Assembly: GCA_035084275.1 (NCBI GenBank)
Contig: CM068756.1
Coordinates: 8,928,001-8,992,000 of the forward strand
Length of the DNA stretch: 64,000 nucleotides
Source of the DNA: Hydrolagus colliei
Taxonomy: Eukaryota
Direction of reading: 5' to 3'
In this document: positions 1 through 11,875 of the stretch, one piece after another
Layout of the letters: each line of letters begins with the position of its first letter
How positions within the stretch are numbered: the first letter of the stretch is position 1
Made by a program: the position numbers and the translations under genes
The notes under the pieces: model-generated
What the model was told of the DNA's origin: nothing
The model's input: only the letters and a program-made list of their open reading frames with translations
The model's database searches: none

Positions 1-207
1 GTTACAGCTTTTAAGGAATTTTTCTTTCTTAAAGGTTAAACCTGTAACACATATTGGAAATGATAAGTAACTAACTTTTTGAAAATAAAAAATAAGATCG
101 GCAAAGTGGCTAAAAAAACAAGATGAACTCTTAGCTTTATTAGCTAGCTGGTATGGAATGAGAAGCACACTCATTGAGATAAAGCAAGGATAATAGAAGT
201 GCAGAAC

Positions 208-352
208 CTTTTAATTTTGTCTTCTTGCTTCCTTGCATGCTGTTTGAGCAAAAAGTTTTCATCGTGAAGGCGGAGAAAGCGATCCTCCAGCTCTTCGCGG
301 CTGATGCGAGACACTGCCTGGCGCGCTCTGGCATTCTGTGCAGCAGATGATT
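208..352 (-). CDS. RPGRIP1L: RPGRIP1L second coding exon (145 nt), N-terminal coiled-coil region; gene continues left of the window
   Basis: Translates (E)[47 protein letters not shown](R), near-identical to human [39 protein letters not shown]. Minus-strand AG acceptor at 354-353 after a pyrimidine tract, GT donor at 207-206; phase matches the preceding exon. Confidence 0.96.
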
Positions 353-1378
353 CTGTGATTAGAATCAAGAAGAGACATAGAGAGAAAGAAAAAATGAATC
401 AGTTCATACCGCAATTACATTGTCCTATTGGATCTTGTATTACAGGATGAATTTCAATATGTCAAAATCACTATCAATACATTCCAGTTGAAAGAGTTCC
501 ATGACAGTTTGCATTTGTTAGTTGTGACACCTTCCTGACCTCTCTAATATGGTACAGCTCTGGTGATTTATTGTACATTACTTCAATTAATATGATACAG
601 AAAGAGGAAAATGCAAAAAAAATGAAGGTTTTAAGCAGTCATTTACCAGAAAACAGATGTATGATGGATAATTGCCACCCAGTGACATATTGCAGATTGA
701 AACACTCATTATCAGTACATTACTATTGCAATACACAATTTTTTGGTGTTCTAAGCATGTACAGTACTGTCATTTCAAGAAAATGTTTCACAGACTATGT
801 GGATAGAATATCATATTTGGAAGAGTTTGAGACAAATGGCAAAATACCTCACAAGTACCTTGTGTTCTGTTCTGTTTCATGCTCGTAAATATATCAAATA
901 ATTAGGGTTACACAGTGCTTCCATGATCCAATATTTGTGACACATTGTGGCACAGCTGAGATTCGCTACACAGCAAGTCCCTCAGTCAAACAAGCCAGAT
1001 AAGGGAATGCACAGAACATGTGCTTCTCAACAGAGATGGGAGAGATTAGAGAAGCATCAGATGGTGAGTCATCAAGGCGATTTGATAGGAGCCATGTATT
1101 AGGTGGGGAAATTCACCAAGATTTGATGACAAATTGTTAAATTATTTTAAGTTTCAAATGTATGTTTCCCCTCATTCATAATGTCATTTTAAATTTCGAT
1201 AATCCAAAACCTTCTCAAAATCTTCTCGATAATCCAAAACCTTGTGTTTATCATTGCAGCTGGTTACCCTATTATATCCTTGTAAATAAAGTCAGCCAGG
1301 GAAAAGACTGCTACAAATTAGATCGCTACAGATACTTCAGCATTTCCATTACCCCTTTATGGTGGGATTTGCCAATTA

Positions 1379-1878
1379 CAGTAAAAGCTTGTTTATATGG
1401 CACCCACGGGACCTGGCCATTGCCGGTTAAAGCGCCTGTCGGATATTCGGGCGGCCCGCAGCCGAAAACCCACCACAAAACATTTTACGTTCTTTTAACA
1501 CACACCATACACACCAGACTAAATAATAACAGATAATAACAGAATATGGTATTGGTACTTATTGTTAAAATTACTCTCTTGTGCTTCTCACCTTTACTGG
1601 TTGAGGTTTACAGTCCAGTGACTATAAACCTCAACCGCAACATCATGACTTCAAGCACAGCATCTACCAGTAAAGGTGAGAAGCGCAAGTGAGTAGTTTT
1701 AACAATAAATGCCAATACAATATTCTGTTATTATCTGTTATTATTAATGCAATTACAAATGCTCCACTGCTATTATTCCAGATACGTTCCGGTTTATCGA
1801 ATGGGACTTTTTGTTTTTGGCATATCGATTATACGGAAGTGCCGGTTCATCGAGTCACGGATAAACAGGCTTCTACAG
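1379..1878. mobile_element. Non-autonomous Tigger/pogo-like DNA transposon (MITE, 500 bp)
   Basis: Imperfect TIRs CAGTAAAAGCTTGTTTATATG and, reverse-complemented, CTGTAGAAGCCTGTTTATCCG (16/21); flanked by TA on both sides; CpG-rich ends. Confidence 0.7.
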
Positions 1879-1928
1879 TACCAAGAAATAACAAAAATTA
1901 GGTAAATATCAAGTCAATTTATTAAAAA

Positions 1929-2910
1929 ATAATAATCCTTGCATTTGATATAGTACTTTTCATGTCTTCTAGATTTCTCAAACCGCTTCACAGAGTATCA
2001 GAACTGCCAACCTTCAAGGAAGATTTTCAGGAAGGTTGTATTTTCAGGAACGGTGTAGTAATTTTTCAGGAAGGTTTGTTACATTTTCAGGAAGGATTTT
2101 GTTATTGCCTCTATCACTTCAGTATCAGCCAATAGTTAAGCCAGGGCTCAACATTAACAGACATCTAGGCACTCTGGACACCTTAATTTTGCGCATCTGC
2201 GATTTACATCCGTAGTTTAAATTTTCAAGTTTCACTCCTCCAAACAAGGAACCGTATTCATCCGCGTATTGATGTGTGTATTCATCCGCTCTGTGGTTCC
2301 CGTCTATCAGCATCTTTACTACCCCACACGGTCTAGCTGCACTCATGGATCTACAGGTACTGTGTATGTGTGAACAGCTAGCGTATAGCACTAGGACCCA
2401 GTTGCTATGTTGCAATCAACCAGCGACAACGGTTCTCGCTTAGGATTAAGGTAAATACAATGCTTCTCTCTATAGTATTTCACTTTCTCTTCTCCATTAA
2501 ACTGATTTCTTCCATCCTTCCCCTACTGACCATAGGTGATGCAAGGGGTATTTAGCTCAAATTATGAAATGGCAAAAAATCGGAAGTTATTTATCTGGGA
2601 TTGGGAGGGCGGAAGGGAGCATGTAAAAGCGGAAGGCTTCTGCAAAAATCGGGAGGGTTGGCAGCTCTGGAGTATACTGTAAAGTGAATTTGACTGTATA
2701 TTTGTGGGCGAAACGTGGCAGCCAATTGCACACAGCAGCGTCCCACAAACAGTTGTCAATTGAAATGACCAATTTTTTTTATTTCTCAAGGGATTATTAT
2801 CAGGCATGTGGAGTGAGGAAACTTGCCAAAGGTTTCGCCCTGCCTGGAATCGAATCTAGTTTCTCTTGTTTCTAAGGTGCGTGCTCTAACCACTGAGCTA
2901 TAGGACACCA
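1929..2910 (-). mobile_element. tRNA-derived SINE with L2-type tail, split by the DNA transposon
   Basis: Tail at 1929-1998 and body plus tRNA head at 2670-2910 together match the intact copies at 19114-19410 and 32427-32725. Confidence 0.85.
1999..2669. mobile_element. Non-autonomous hAT-like DNA transposon (671 bp) inserted in a SINE
   Basis: TIRs CAGAACTGCCAACCTTC / CAGAGCTGCCAACCCTC (15/17); direct repeat GAGTAT at 1993-1998 and 2670-2675; four subterminal TTTTCAGGAA repeats at ~2022-2095; the host SINE is contiguous across the insertion. Confidence 0.8.
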
Positions 2911-4385
2911 CATTGTATACAATTTTCCAATGTAACATCACAGTGTCACCAAAAGAAACAAAAACAATAATTCTGTTGTTTAAATACTTTGATGTAGATA
3001 AAAAATAACTTGTTTTCAGTTACAAAAAAGTGTTTACAAATCTGTTATTATCATCATCATCAATGGGTGTGTATTTTTGGTTCACCAGGTGTCTGACACA
3101 TACAGAAAACTACCACCAAACCAGACAAAGTTCCACAATGTATGCCACCTATACTTGGAAATCTCCCTTCACTCACTCCTTGTAGTGATGCAACCTGCTA
3201 AACAAATTCTGGAGAAAAATTCCGGATCTACAGTTTGTGGGTAGCAAAATGTACGTTGGGGTGTTCAGGAATTCAACCAGCTAAAACTCCAGCACCTTAG
3301 AATGTCCTCCTGACGTGAAAGGTGCTATATAAATATAATTTTGTTGTTGTCAGATCACCCTGTCAGGGTAAGCAGTAGCAAAGTAGGAAAAATATCTTCT
3401 CTGGTGAGACTAGTGTCTATCACCATCCGTTTTTTGAATGAGGCATTAAACTCATTTGCCATATTTGCCTATGTAACATTCAGTACATTTCAAATGATTC
3501 TCCTTTGTGAAGATTTTCAATAAGGCACCACTACAATGTTATTTTCTTCCAAAGTGAAAATTAAAAATTAATGGATAGAAATTTCACCTGGTGAGCCTTT
3601 TTTTAAAAGAATTTGCAGAAAACTTGTTTCAAAATTAAAAACTACACTAAAGCATTTGATAAATCCCCTGAAATGCGACGTTAATAGACTAAATCGAGAC
3701 CCAGGTAGAATTTCTACCCACCGGACAAACGGAAAAAGCTAATTCAAACTCTCAAAATCTTATTGCTTGGAACAATTGACTTCATTCAACTTACTATAAT
3801 TTGTAGGTTTCTCCTGATAGTACAGGTAACATCATTCATTGACAATAGAGACAAATTGGTTGATGCCATATAGATTGAAACACGAGTGCCTTAAATAGCT
3901 TGACCAAACTAAAAGGAGTTCAAGCTTCAAAGAGACTCATGATCAGAAACACTGAGCACCAATATTCTGATTCCATTATAGGCAACTGAACGTTCATGTG
4001 AATTTTGGATCAGACCATGTCAGGATCCCATATGGAATCAGTTGAAATGAAATGTGTCCATGAAATTTTTCATGCAAAATCTCCCTAACAGAAAAGGGAA
4101 GAAAGGAAATGTAAGTTTTAAAATAGCAATCAAAAAGACTGCCGTTTATGGTAACAGGATGTTACAGAGACATAGAATCATGGAAACGAGACTAAAGCTC
4201 CACTTGTACAAGACAGGTGAAGGACATGCTATACAATCAGTACCAGCTGACATTCAATAGTGGCTTTAATCAGTAAATGCTGGCTATTTGGGTCAACAAA
4301 ATCATAAAGGAAGAGATTACAAAGTAAAACTAATGGAGACACTGATCAAAGTGTGTTCTAGTAATGAGTAACAGGTGTCTCTAAC

Positions 4386-4470
4386 CTTGCAATCCACCAA
4401 TTCCAGCCAGGCAAAGGCCTACATCCTTCACAGGGAGGTCTCCTGCTGTCTCATCAGCCAGGTCTGACAT
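4386..4470 (-). CDS. RPGRIP1L: RPGRIP1L first coding exon (ATG at 4470; exon begins at 4473)
   Basis: Translates [28 protein letters not shown](E) versus human [29 protein letters not shown]. Acceptor tttctttcacag|aacATG, donor CAAG|GTTAG; 85 coding nt. Too short for the ORF track. Confidence 0.95.
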
Positions 4471-7400
4471 GTTCTGTGAAAGAAAGACGACAAATTACCC
4501 TGGAGTGTTTTTTTTAATCCACACCTTGTACCTAACATCTTGGGATTTGATCACTACACAGATGGGGTCACCTTAGTTTTATGACTTTCCTTTAGAGAGG
4601 CTTCATGTTTTGAAGCTGAGGTTATTAAAGTAATGAAAACATTTCGTGAATACTTCAGAGTGGTGATAAAAAAAACTTAGCTTAATCCTTGTGCTGTTTA
4701 GAACCTTTCATCTGTGACTCAGATAAATTACAATACAAAGCATACAACCACTTTGTTCTGCCTATGAAATAACCAACCCCAGCTTTAAAGTCTTTACCAC
4801 CTGCTCAACATCTGGGTGCTTATACTAAACTACGATTTGTTAAATATTTCCAAATCCAGGTGTTTCATTTTTTTTTACAAAGAATTTTATTAGCAGCTTC
4901 TGCTAAATCAAAAAAGTCCACCAAGTTTTGCATTATAGTTGTTTTTTTAAATATATGAATCCAATTAGATTAATGATGTGTGCACTGAGGCTAATTTAGT
5001 AGATGCATTGACAAAATAGCACTGATGGGTGATTGGCACTGATTAGTACTTATAGTGCCAATTAGATTTATTGAAGATCACAACTAAAACATTTTTCAAA
5101 TTCCTGATATGTTCTGCATCAAATTTTCCAAACACACAATAAATGTGCAATTGACCCTGAGGGGATAGGGCATTTCAATAGCTTTAACACAGTGCAACAT
5201 ATTTGTGGAAAACAGAAAAAGTTAGGATATTTCAGAACCAAACAGCACAGTTTACAAACACCCACAAGTGATAAAAGACAACAATCTCATCAAGAGGGGC
5301 ATGAGATTGAGTGGGATTTCCTATCTTTATTTCCTCTCCACTGCAGATGAAGACCTCAATTCATTCTAGTGAATGGCACCATGTCACACCCATGATAATT
5401 TTTCAAGGGGGACAGTGAGCATTGGCAAGGTGATGCTGCTTTCATTTGGCATTGAACCGTGTTCATACCTCCTATAGATGTCACTGGATAATGACCAGAA
5501 CTAGGTACAGTACTTAAATGGCTTTGTTTCATATCCCAAGGTAGGCTAAGATCAGCTAAGCCAACAGGAATTTATCCTCAATATATACTGCATTCACATC
5601 AATGACAAGACAAACCACAAGAAATGAACCCCAAAAATCTATAGGACAGTAATGCAGCTCCTTGGCTGGTTAATATCTCCACAAATGTCAACAGATTTCA
5701 AAATGAAACTGATGTAACTTTCAATTGCTTTTAAACAGACAATGTCAGCAAGCTTTTAAAAGGTTAAAATGTAGATTGACACATTGACATCTATTTCATT
5801 CACATATACTGTACAGTACTTCTGAATCTTGAGTATAATTCCAGCGTCCTCCTGATATGAAAGGCGCTATACAAATGTAATTTTGTTGTTGTTGAGGTTC
5901 TAGATATATGAATATACATACAGTACCGTAGTTTACCAAAAGCTGAATCATATTGTTAAACAGAGTGACTCTTTGTAAACAGAATGCATCAGCGGAAACG
6001 TGATACAGAAACAAATTTAAAACTTGAATGATTAATACTATATTTCAGAACCAAACAACAGTTTACAAAGATTCTTCTAAAGTTTCCATTGAGCTCTATT
6101 GGAAATGTAACATCAAAGTGCAACTTTTTACAACATTTATAAAGTACAACTTTTTATTATTTAAAAGTGAGAATGACAAGTCTAAGTAGCAATACTTTCT
6201 AGTTTAGCCAAACAAGTGCCACTCCAAACCTAAACTAATAAGTTCTCTTTTTATAAACAAAGTGCTTCTTATTTTGTTTGAAAAAATGGCACTGTACTCT
6301 CATTCCTCTAAAACACTACCACCTTACCCTTTACTTTGATAATGTGGAGGGTCACATACAATGGAGTTTCTATCAAGGTTCCTGTAGCATTTCCGTTAAT
6401 AAATAAATTGAGTTCTAACTCGGTAAGAGCATGCAGTCTACATAATTCCTCAAATTCAAAAAGTTATCCATAGGGTGCAGAAGGAAAGATCAACCCTGGT
6501 AGCTAGAAGGAAAGGTTGGTCATCTTAGCCAAAACAAATTTTTTTGATAATCAAATGTTTATTATCATATCATCAGATGTCATGAATTTTACTGACTCAT
6601 AAACCTATCTAATAAATCACTGAACAAATAATTTTGTTTTAAATTCATTTATATGCTATTCTCCTTGCTTTACTTAAATTACCAACAACATGTCAACCTC
6701 AGTCAATGGCCACATCATCTCAATGAAATCACAATGCCACTCTGAAGTGGCTACAAATGGTTTGAAACAGCAGTATTGGTTGACATAGCAATGTGCCCCA
6801 AACACAGCTGTCTGCTATGTTCTCGGGTCACTTTTAACTTTATGAACTCACTAGATGGGGAGAAATCTCGCATCTGTAGGTGAACGAGTGCATTTCTGGA
6901 CTGCTAAATATTGTACCAATCCCTTGCTATGGCCCAAATCCCTGACTGTCCAGCCTCTTTGAATGTCCTCTGATGTAAATGGCACCCCACAAATAACAAC
7001 AACAACTTTGATTTATATAGCGCCCTCCATGCCGGATGGCGTCTCAGAGCGTTTAAATGTAATTTGTTGTTTTAAAAATTTACCAGAGCTACTAAATCCT
7101 AGACTAGATCATACCAACAGCAATCAACTGAACATTACGATTAAAAATGACTCTCTTGCAATTAATGCCATTGATTTGATTCCGCCCATTCCTTTCCAAA
7201 GGGCAAGGTCTATCCTCTCATACTTGTTCCAAGGAGCCATTTTTCACTCATGACTGAAGAACAGGAAGTGTTGGAGAAGACACAATGTTATAAATTGATC
7301 CCAACTGATCTAAATTTTATTCTCATCAAACATCACATACCCATCTACTGATCGATGGTAGCACAGATCAGCGAATATTGTATATCAGAAGCAAGCCAGT

Positions 7401-7979
7401 TTTACCCCTGGTCTTTGCTCAGCAAAGCTAAAACTAAATGTTCCATCCTATTTCCATTTTGGGCCAAAAAACTTCCATTTTGGCTGAGATCATTGACAGA
7501 CACAGATTTACCTGGGATCCTCTGGGTCAGTAATACATAATACTGTTAAGTGATCTTACCAAGTGTTGCATTTTTACTACTGTATAATCTGTGGGGTGTA
7601 GATGGCAATTTTGTTTTCTAAATAGTTTACAAACAACGGGTTTTATTTTAGGGCAGACAAGGACGTCGAGGATTACCTTATAATTTATGTGTTGAATTCA
7701 CAATTTTTGTTGTTGACCTGATCGATTATTCAAACTTGCCTTACCATAATAACAACGGCTCGCACTTACATAGTGCCTCTTATGCAGGGTAGTATCCCAG
7801 AGCACAATGCCAAGACGAGGAAGGAAGGAACAAGGCAGAGGTATACTTTGGGGGCGTTTCGCAGTCAATTCACTTTACAGGAGATTAGTGAAGCGCTTTG
7901 AGACGTCGGGAAGATGTGAAAAGTGTTATATCAAATGCAAGGATTATTATTATTAGTAGTAGTATTACTACTATTATAT

Positions 7980-8075
7980 TATAGAGAAAGAGTGTTGCAT
8001 AGTTTCAGGGCGTAGTGGCTGAAAGCATGGCCACCAATGATTGAACAGAGGGCATGGGACATACCGCAGAAAGGC
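7980..8075 (-). mobile_element. L2-type LINE ORF2 3' fragment
   Basis: Minus-strand translation IGGHAFSHYALKLCNTL resembles the L2-clade C-terminal motif GGRAFSxxAPxLWNSLP. Confidence 0.55.
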
Positions 8076-8281
8076 CAGTCGGTGCCAGTCCAGTGAAGAG
8101 AGGCAGCGGGGTTGTGGGTGGGTGGGTGGATTAGGGGGAGGGGAGGTAAATTAAGCAGGTGAGGGAGGCAGGGAGATGCCAGGGGGTATGAAGGGAATTT
8201 GAAAACGAGTGAGAGGAGCTTGAAATCAATCCTCACTAACCCGCTTGCCGTGGCAAACCTCAAGTTAACATCGTTACTCAC

Positions 8282-8400
8282 AGTATTGTTTAGCGGCGAG
8301 GCTCGACAGGCCGAATAGCCTGGGCCTGCGATGGAAAGTCGACCGTTATTTATGTTGGTTCATCAGCGATTCATTTACCCCAACGACAGTTGCTACCCAA
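8282..8400 (-). other. RPGRIP1L: Probable non-coding exon 1 of RPGRIP1L (5' boundary uncertain)
   Basis: The ATG exon has an acceptor, so an upstream UTR exon is required. A consensus minus-strand donor ACT|GTGAGTAA lies at 8281-8274, at the edge of the CpG-rich promoter. Confidence 0.5.
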
Positions 8401-8402
8401 AC
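8389..8402. promoter_or_regulatory. RFX X-box-like site GTTGCTACCCAAAC
   Basis: 14-bp GTT...AAC with a good GTTGCTA half-site, close to the inferred start of a ciliary gene. A second, near-palindromic site TTGCCGTGGCAA lies at 8245-8256. Confidence 0.5.
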
Positions 8403-8444
8403 GTTTAACATCCGGTTCCTCCCGGAAAACGAGCGGGAGCGCGG

Positions 8445-8464
8445 TGCGTCATGGGTGTTGTAGT
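8445..8464 (-). promoter_or_regulatory. Second ZNF143/THAP11-type motif, ACTACAACACCCATGACGCA, on the minus strand
   Basis: Reverse complement of tgcgtcatgggtgttgtagt matches ACTACAnnnCCCAnnnnnCA. Confidence 0.7.
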
Positions 8465-8510
8465 CCCCTTTGCCTGACGCTTCATCATATTCAAAAGGGA
8501 CCCGACGTGA

Positions 8511-8530
8511 ACTACAATTCCCAGAAGGCA
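8511..8530 (+). promoter_or_regulatory. ZNF143/THAP11-type (SBS) motif ACTACAATTCCCAGAAGGCA
   Basis: Near-perfect match to the ACTACAATTCCCAGAATGC consensus enriched at vertebrate bidirectional promoters. Confidence 0.8.
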
Positions 8531-8830
8531 TTGAGTGAGCGGATTGCGTTTCCTTTCCTCCCTTCCCCCTCCCATTGGCAGTTGTTTGTTTGTTTGTTGT
8601 TGTTCTGTTTTCCATATAGTAAAGATTGACATTTAACGCGAATTAAATTCATTTTTAAAAGCCCCCCCCACACACAAAAAAAAACTGTCATTTTTCATTC
8701 ATTCCAGGGAGCGAATGTGGAGGAAGGAGATGGTGGTGGGCAGGCCGCTTTAAGTCGCAATGGATGTTGGGATGACAATGGCGCCACTTTGAACCGAGGA
8801 GAAGCAGGGGAGTACGACAGAAGCCCGGGG

Positions 8831-8872
8831 ATGAAAAGGTTCAATAAATACGATAAAGCGAAGGAGATAAAG
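8831..8872 (+). CDS. FTO: FTO coding exon 1 (MKRFNKYDKAKEIK)
   Basis: MKR start as in human MKRTPTAEEREREAK; phase-0 donor AAG|GTACAT; with exon 2 it gives a bipartite NLS-like KR-x10-KKQR; lies in the CpG island. Confidence 0.85.
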
Positions 8873-9402
8873 GTACATGGCTGCACTCCTTTTATATATA
8901 TATTTATATACACACACACACCTCTGCCACAACTCGGCTGACTTGTTTCAGTCGCCGCTCCTTCCCTCCCCACACTCTTCTCACTGTCGTTAAGGAGCAG
9001 GAGGCTGGGCCTACACTGACTAACCAAACACCCACAAACATCGTCCCCAAGGCGGCTGCAGCGCTTCTGTTAAGTGGTATCAATTCGAGCCCTCAGCCAG
9101 CTTCGTCATTGCGCGCCTCGTCAAGCGGGCATGGCGGTTCGCTGAGCTCTGTGCTGTTAAGAAGAGTGCGTGCTATTAGTGGACAGCCAACTCATTTAGT
9201 TCGTTAGATAACGGGGACATCACCAAAGTGGTTCAAGAATGACGATTGTTTTCCATTGGTCACGGCTGTTTCTAGTAATAATATTCATCCTTGCATTTGA
9301 TCTAGCGTCTTATCACGTGGCAAAGTGCTTCGCAGAATAGACTGTAAAAGTGAATTAACTTTGTGTTGAGGGGGTGGGGAAGTATCCTAATAGGCGTTTA
9401 CA

Positions 9403-9760
9403 GGGAGCCCTGGAGCTGGGTGGTTAGGCACTCGCCTCACCAGCCAGAGACCTGAGTTGGATTCCCAGTAGGGCAAAATCTTGGGCAAGTTTCCTTAGTC
9501 CGCATGCATGATAATAATAAACAAAGATTGGTCACTTCAATCCCCAACAGTTTGTGGGACACTGCTGTGCACAATAGGCTGCCGTGTTTTGCCCTCAAAT
9601 ATACAGTCAATTCACTTTACAGTATATAATAATCCTTGCATTTGATATATCACTTTTCACGTCTTCTAGACATCTCATAGCGCTTACAGAATATACTGTG
9701 AAGTGCTTTGAGGCGTCTAGAAGATGTGAAAAGCACTTTATCAATTGCAGTGATTATTAT
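9403..9760 (+). mobile_element. tRNA-derived SINE with an internal inverted copy of its tail
   Basis: Head ggagccctggagctgggtggttag..., body tgtgggacactgctgtgcacaataggctgcc, tail ending gattattat; antisense tail at 9626-9689. Confidence 0.85.
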
Positions 9761-11875
9761 ATCAATTATTGCAACAATTATGTAATCTTATTAATCATCT
9801 TGCAAGATTTTCCTGCTGAATTTATTTTTTGTCAATTCGTGGGTGTGATATACGGTACCGAGTGATACGGTACAAATATTTTCAACTCTGAAAGCTATTC
9901 TTCATTACAAGGGACGTATGAAAGCAGGCCATTATAATTTGAACACTAGCTTGCAAGGCTAATGTTCTTACTATAATAGGCTGTAGCTTTAGTTTTATGC
10001 AGCTGTATGTTTTTTGAAGAAAAATACTGTACATTGCATGATACTTTAGAAATGGCACAACCTTATTTTTATCAATCAATCATCAAATTGTGGTGTATTA
10101 AATCAGTTATAACTATTTTTATCCAATAGTGGCAACTATTTTTATCCTCTGCAGCTAGTTACAGCTTTATGTCAATCACGCCTCTGGAAGGATGCCACAC
10201 CTTGTGCTTTCCTACTGGCAGCAAACTAACTAGACATGTGGCTCAGCTGAATTGGGATGTCCATTTCAAATGCACTGACATTTAAAAATGTAATCTCCTT
10301 AATGCAGTAAGTTTTCTTTGTAAAATGTTGGCAGAAAGAAAGTTGTTCCATTCATGTTATTAATTCAAGTATTTAACATAACAATTTCAGATCAAATGTA
10401 CAAGACTTAAATGGAAAACCTCATCTTCTGTAATTGTAAAGTACAATGTGCAACTTTGCTAAAAATATGTAGTTATGGAATACTTTAACCACTCTTCCCC
10501 ATAAACACTAAACCTACACTTAATTCCACTAAATCATTACATTCAACTCTGTGGGTTTGAGGGCTACAGTGACTTTGTTACCATAATACAATCCATGTTT
10601 TAAAGATTAATATTATTGTTTGACATTACCCTGGCCTGGACTCATTGCAGAATGTTGGAGGAAGTGGAGTTTCAAACTTTCCACAGAATAGTTCTGTAAA
10701 ATTCATAATGTAAAGATTTTGGCTCTTTCAATAACTCAGCAAGGGCAGGGAATAGCTAAGCCACATGAATCAGGAAGGTCTCTGGTTTGATCTAGGGTTC
10801 AAGCTTGAGTGTTTAACCTCTGTACTACAAGCATGTTAAACCATTGTTTAATGACCTCCAGTAAATAATTTTATATCAAATGGCAGGGTTGCTAATGGTC
10901 GTCCTTGAAACAAATATTCAACTCTGGTCTCTTTCAAATCAAACTTCACATGTTTTTTGTAATAAAGCACCTGGTTTGCTCACGGTTTTTGGCAAGCTGA
11001 TCAGTGGCATCTGTTACAGATCTGTTTCAGGATATGAATTGAGACAACAGGTACAGGTAGTGCATATTTTACAATAATGTTCTTAAAATGTTGGAATTAC
11101 TTATCCTAACTGTACACATGTTTGGAAAATGTAAGACAGCAGCAAAATTTGTCTCTACCTGGTTTTCCACTAGCCTGATGCAAAAGTGAGCAAGGGGCTA
11201 TGTGGAGGGCTGGCCTGCTTCCAAATATTTCTTCACCAGAACTACTAAGCTACTTTAACCTCAGCAGAGGAGCACTCATACAGTATTCTTTGTGATGAAA
11301 CTAGTTTGAGACCTCACTATTTTGATTTACAGTTTGAATTTTGTTGTTGCTCTCTAAAATCTTCAAATAAGGAAATAGAATTTTGCAGGTGGGAAGTATG
11401 ATTTGTCCTCGATCAGCATACACTATAGTTCTTTTTTTTTTCCTATTGCAGGCTGCTTGTACTTTGGGGTCTTAATAATGACCATTTGTGCTCCTCTGTG
11501 ATCAACCATTAGTAGTTGATATTTTCTTCCCTTCTGTCACTCCCATAAAGTCCTGCATTCTACCAAGAAAACTGATGAAGCCTCAGCAACTGTGTTTGGG
11601 TGATAGGCATGGTAGACCAAGGTATCTTTAAACTTCTAACCATCTGACTCCCACGTTTGCAAATGAACATTTTCAGTTGGAAGAGGAACCCAAGTTGTGA
11701 TCTGCTATAAATAGCACTCTTAACACTGTTGAAATATCCATTGAAATAAAACCTCTGTTTCATGTGTGATGATATCACAGAGCAATCATCCCTCTTCTAC
11801 TCACTAACCCAGGGGAACGTGATTACATTTGAGCAATATATTTCAGAAGGGAATTAAATAACTAAATTACTCTCT

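Larger units (their letters stand above)
8240..9150. promoter_or_regulatory. CpG-rich bidirectional promoter shared by RPGRIP1L and FTO
   Basis: Marked local rise in GC and CpG between two divergent genes; contains ACTACAnnnCCCA motifs, a CCGGAA ETS core, a reverse CCAAT (~8574-8578) and X-box-like sites. The head-to-head arrangement is known in mammals. Confidence 0.85.

Noticed and set aside
2022-2098. Short spaced repeats (TTTTCAGGAA) superficially like a CRISPR array
   Set aside because: Repeats and spacers are far too short, the DNA is vertebrate, and they are subterminal repeats of a DNA transposon.
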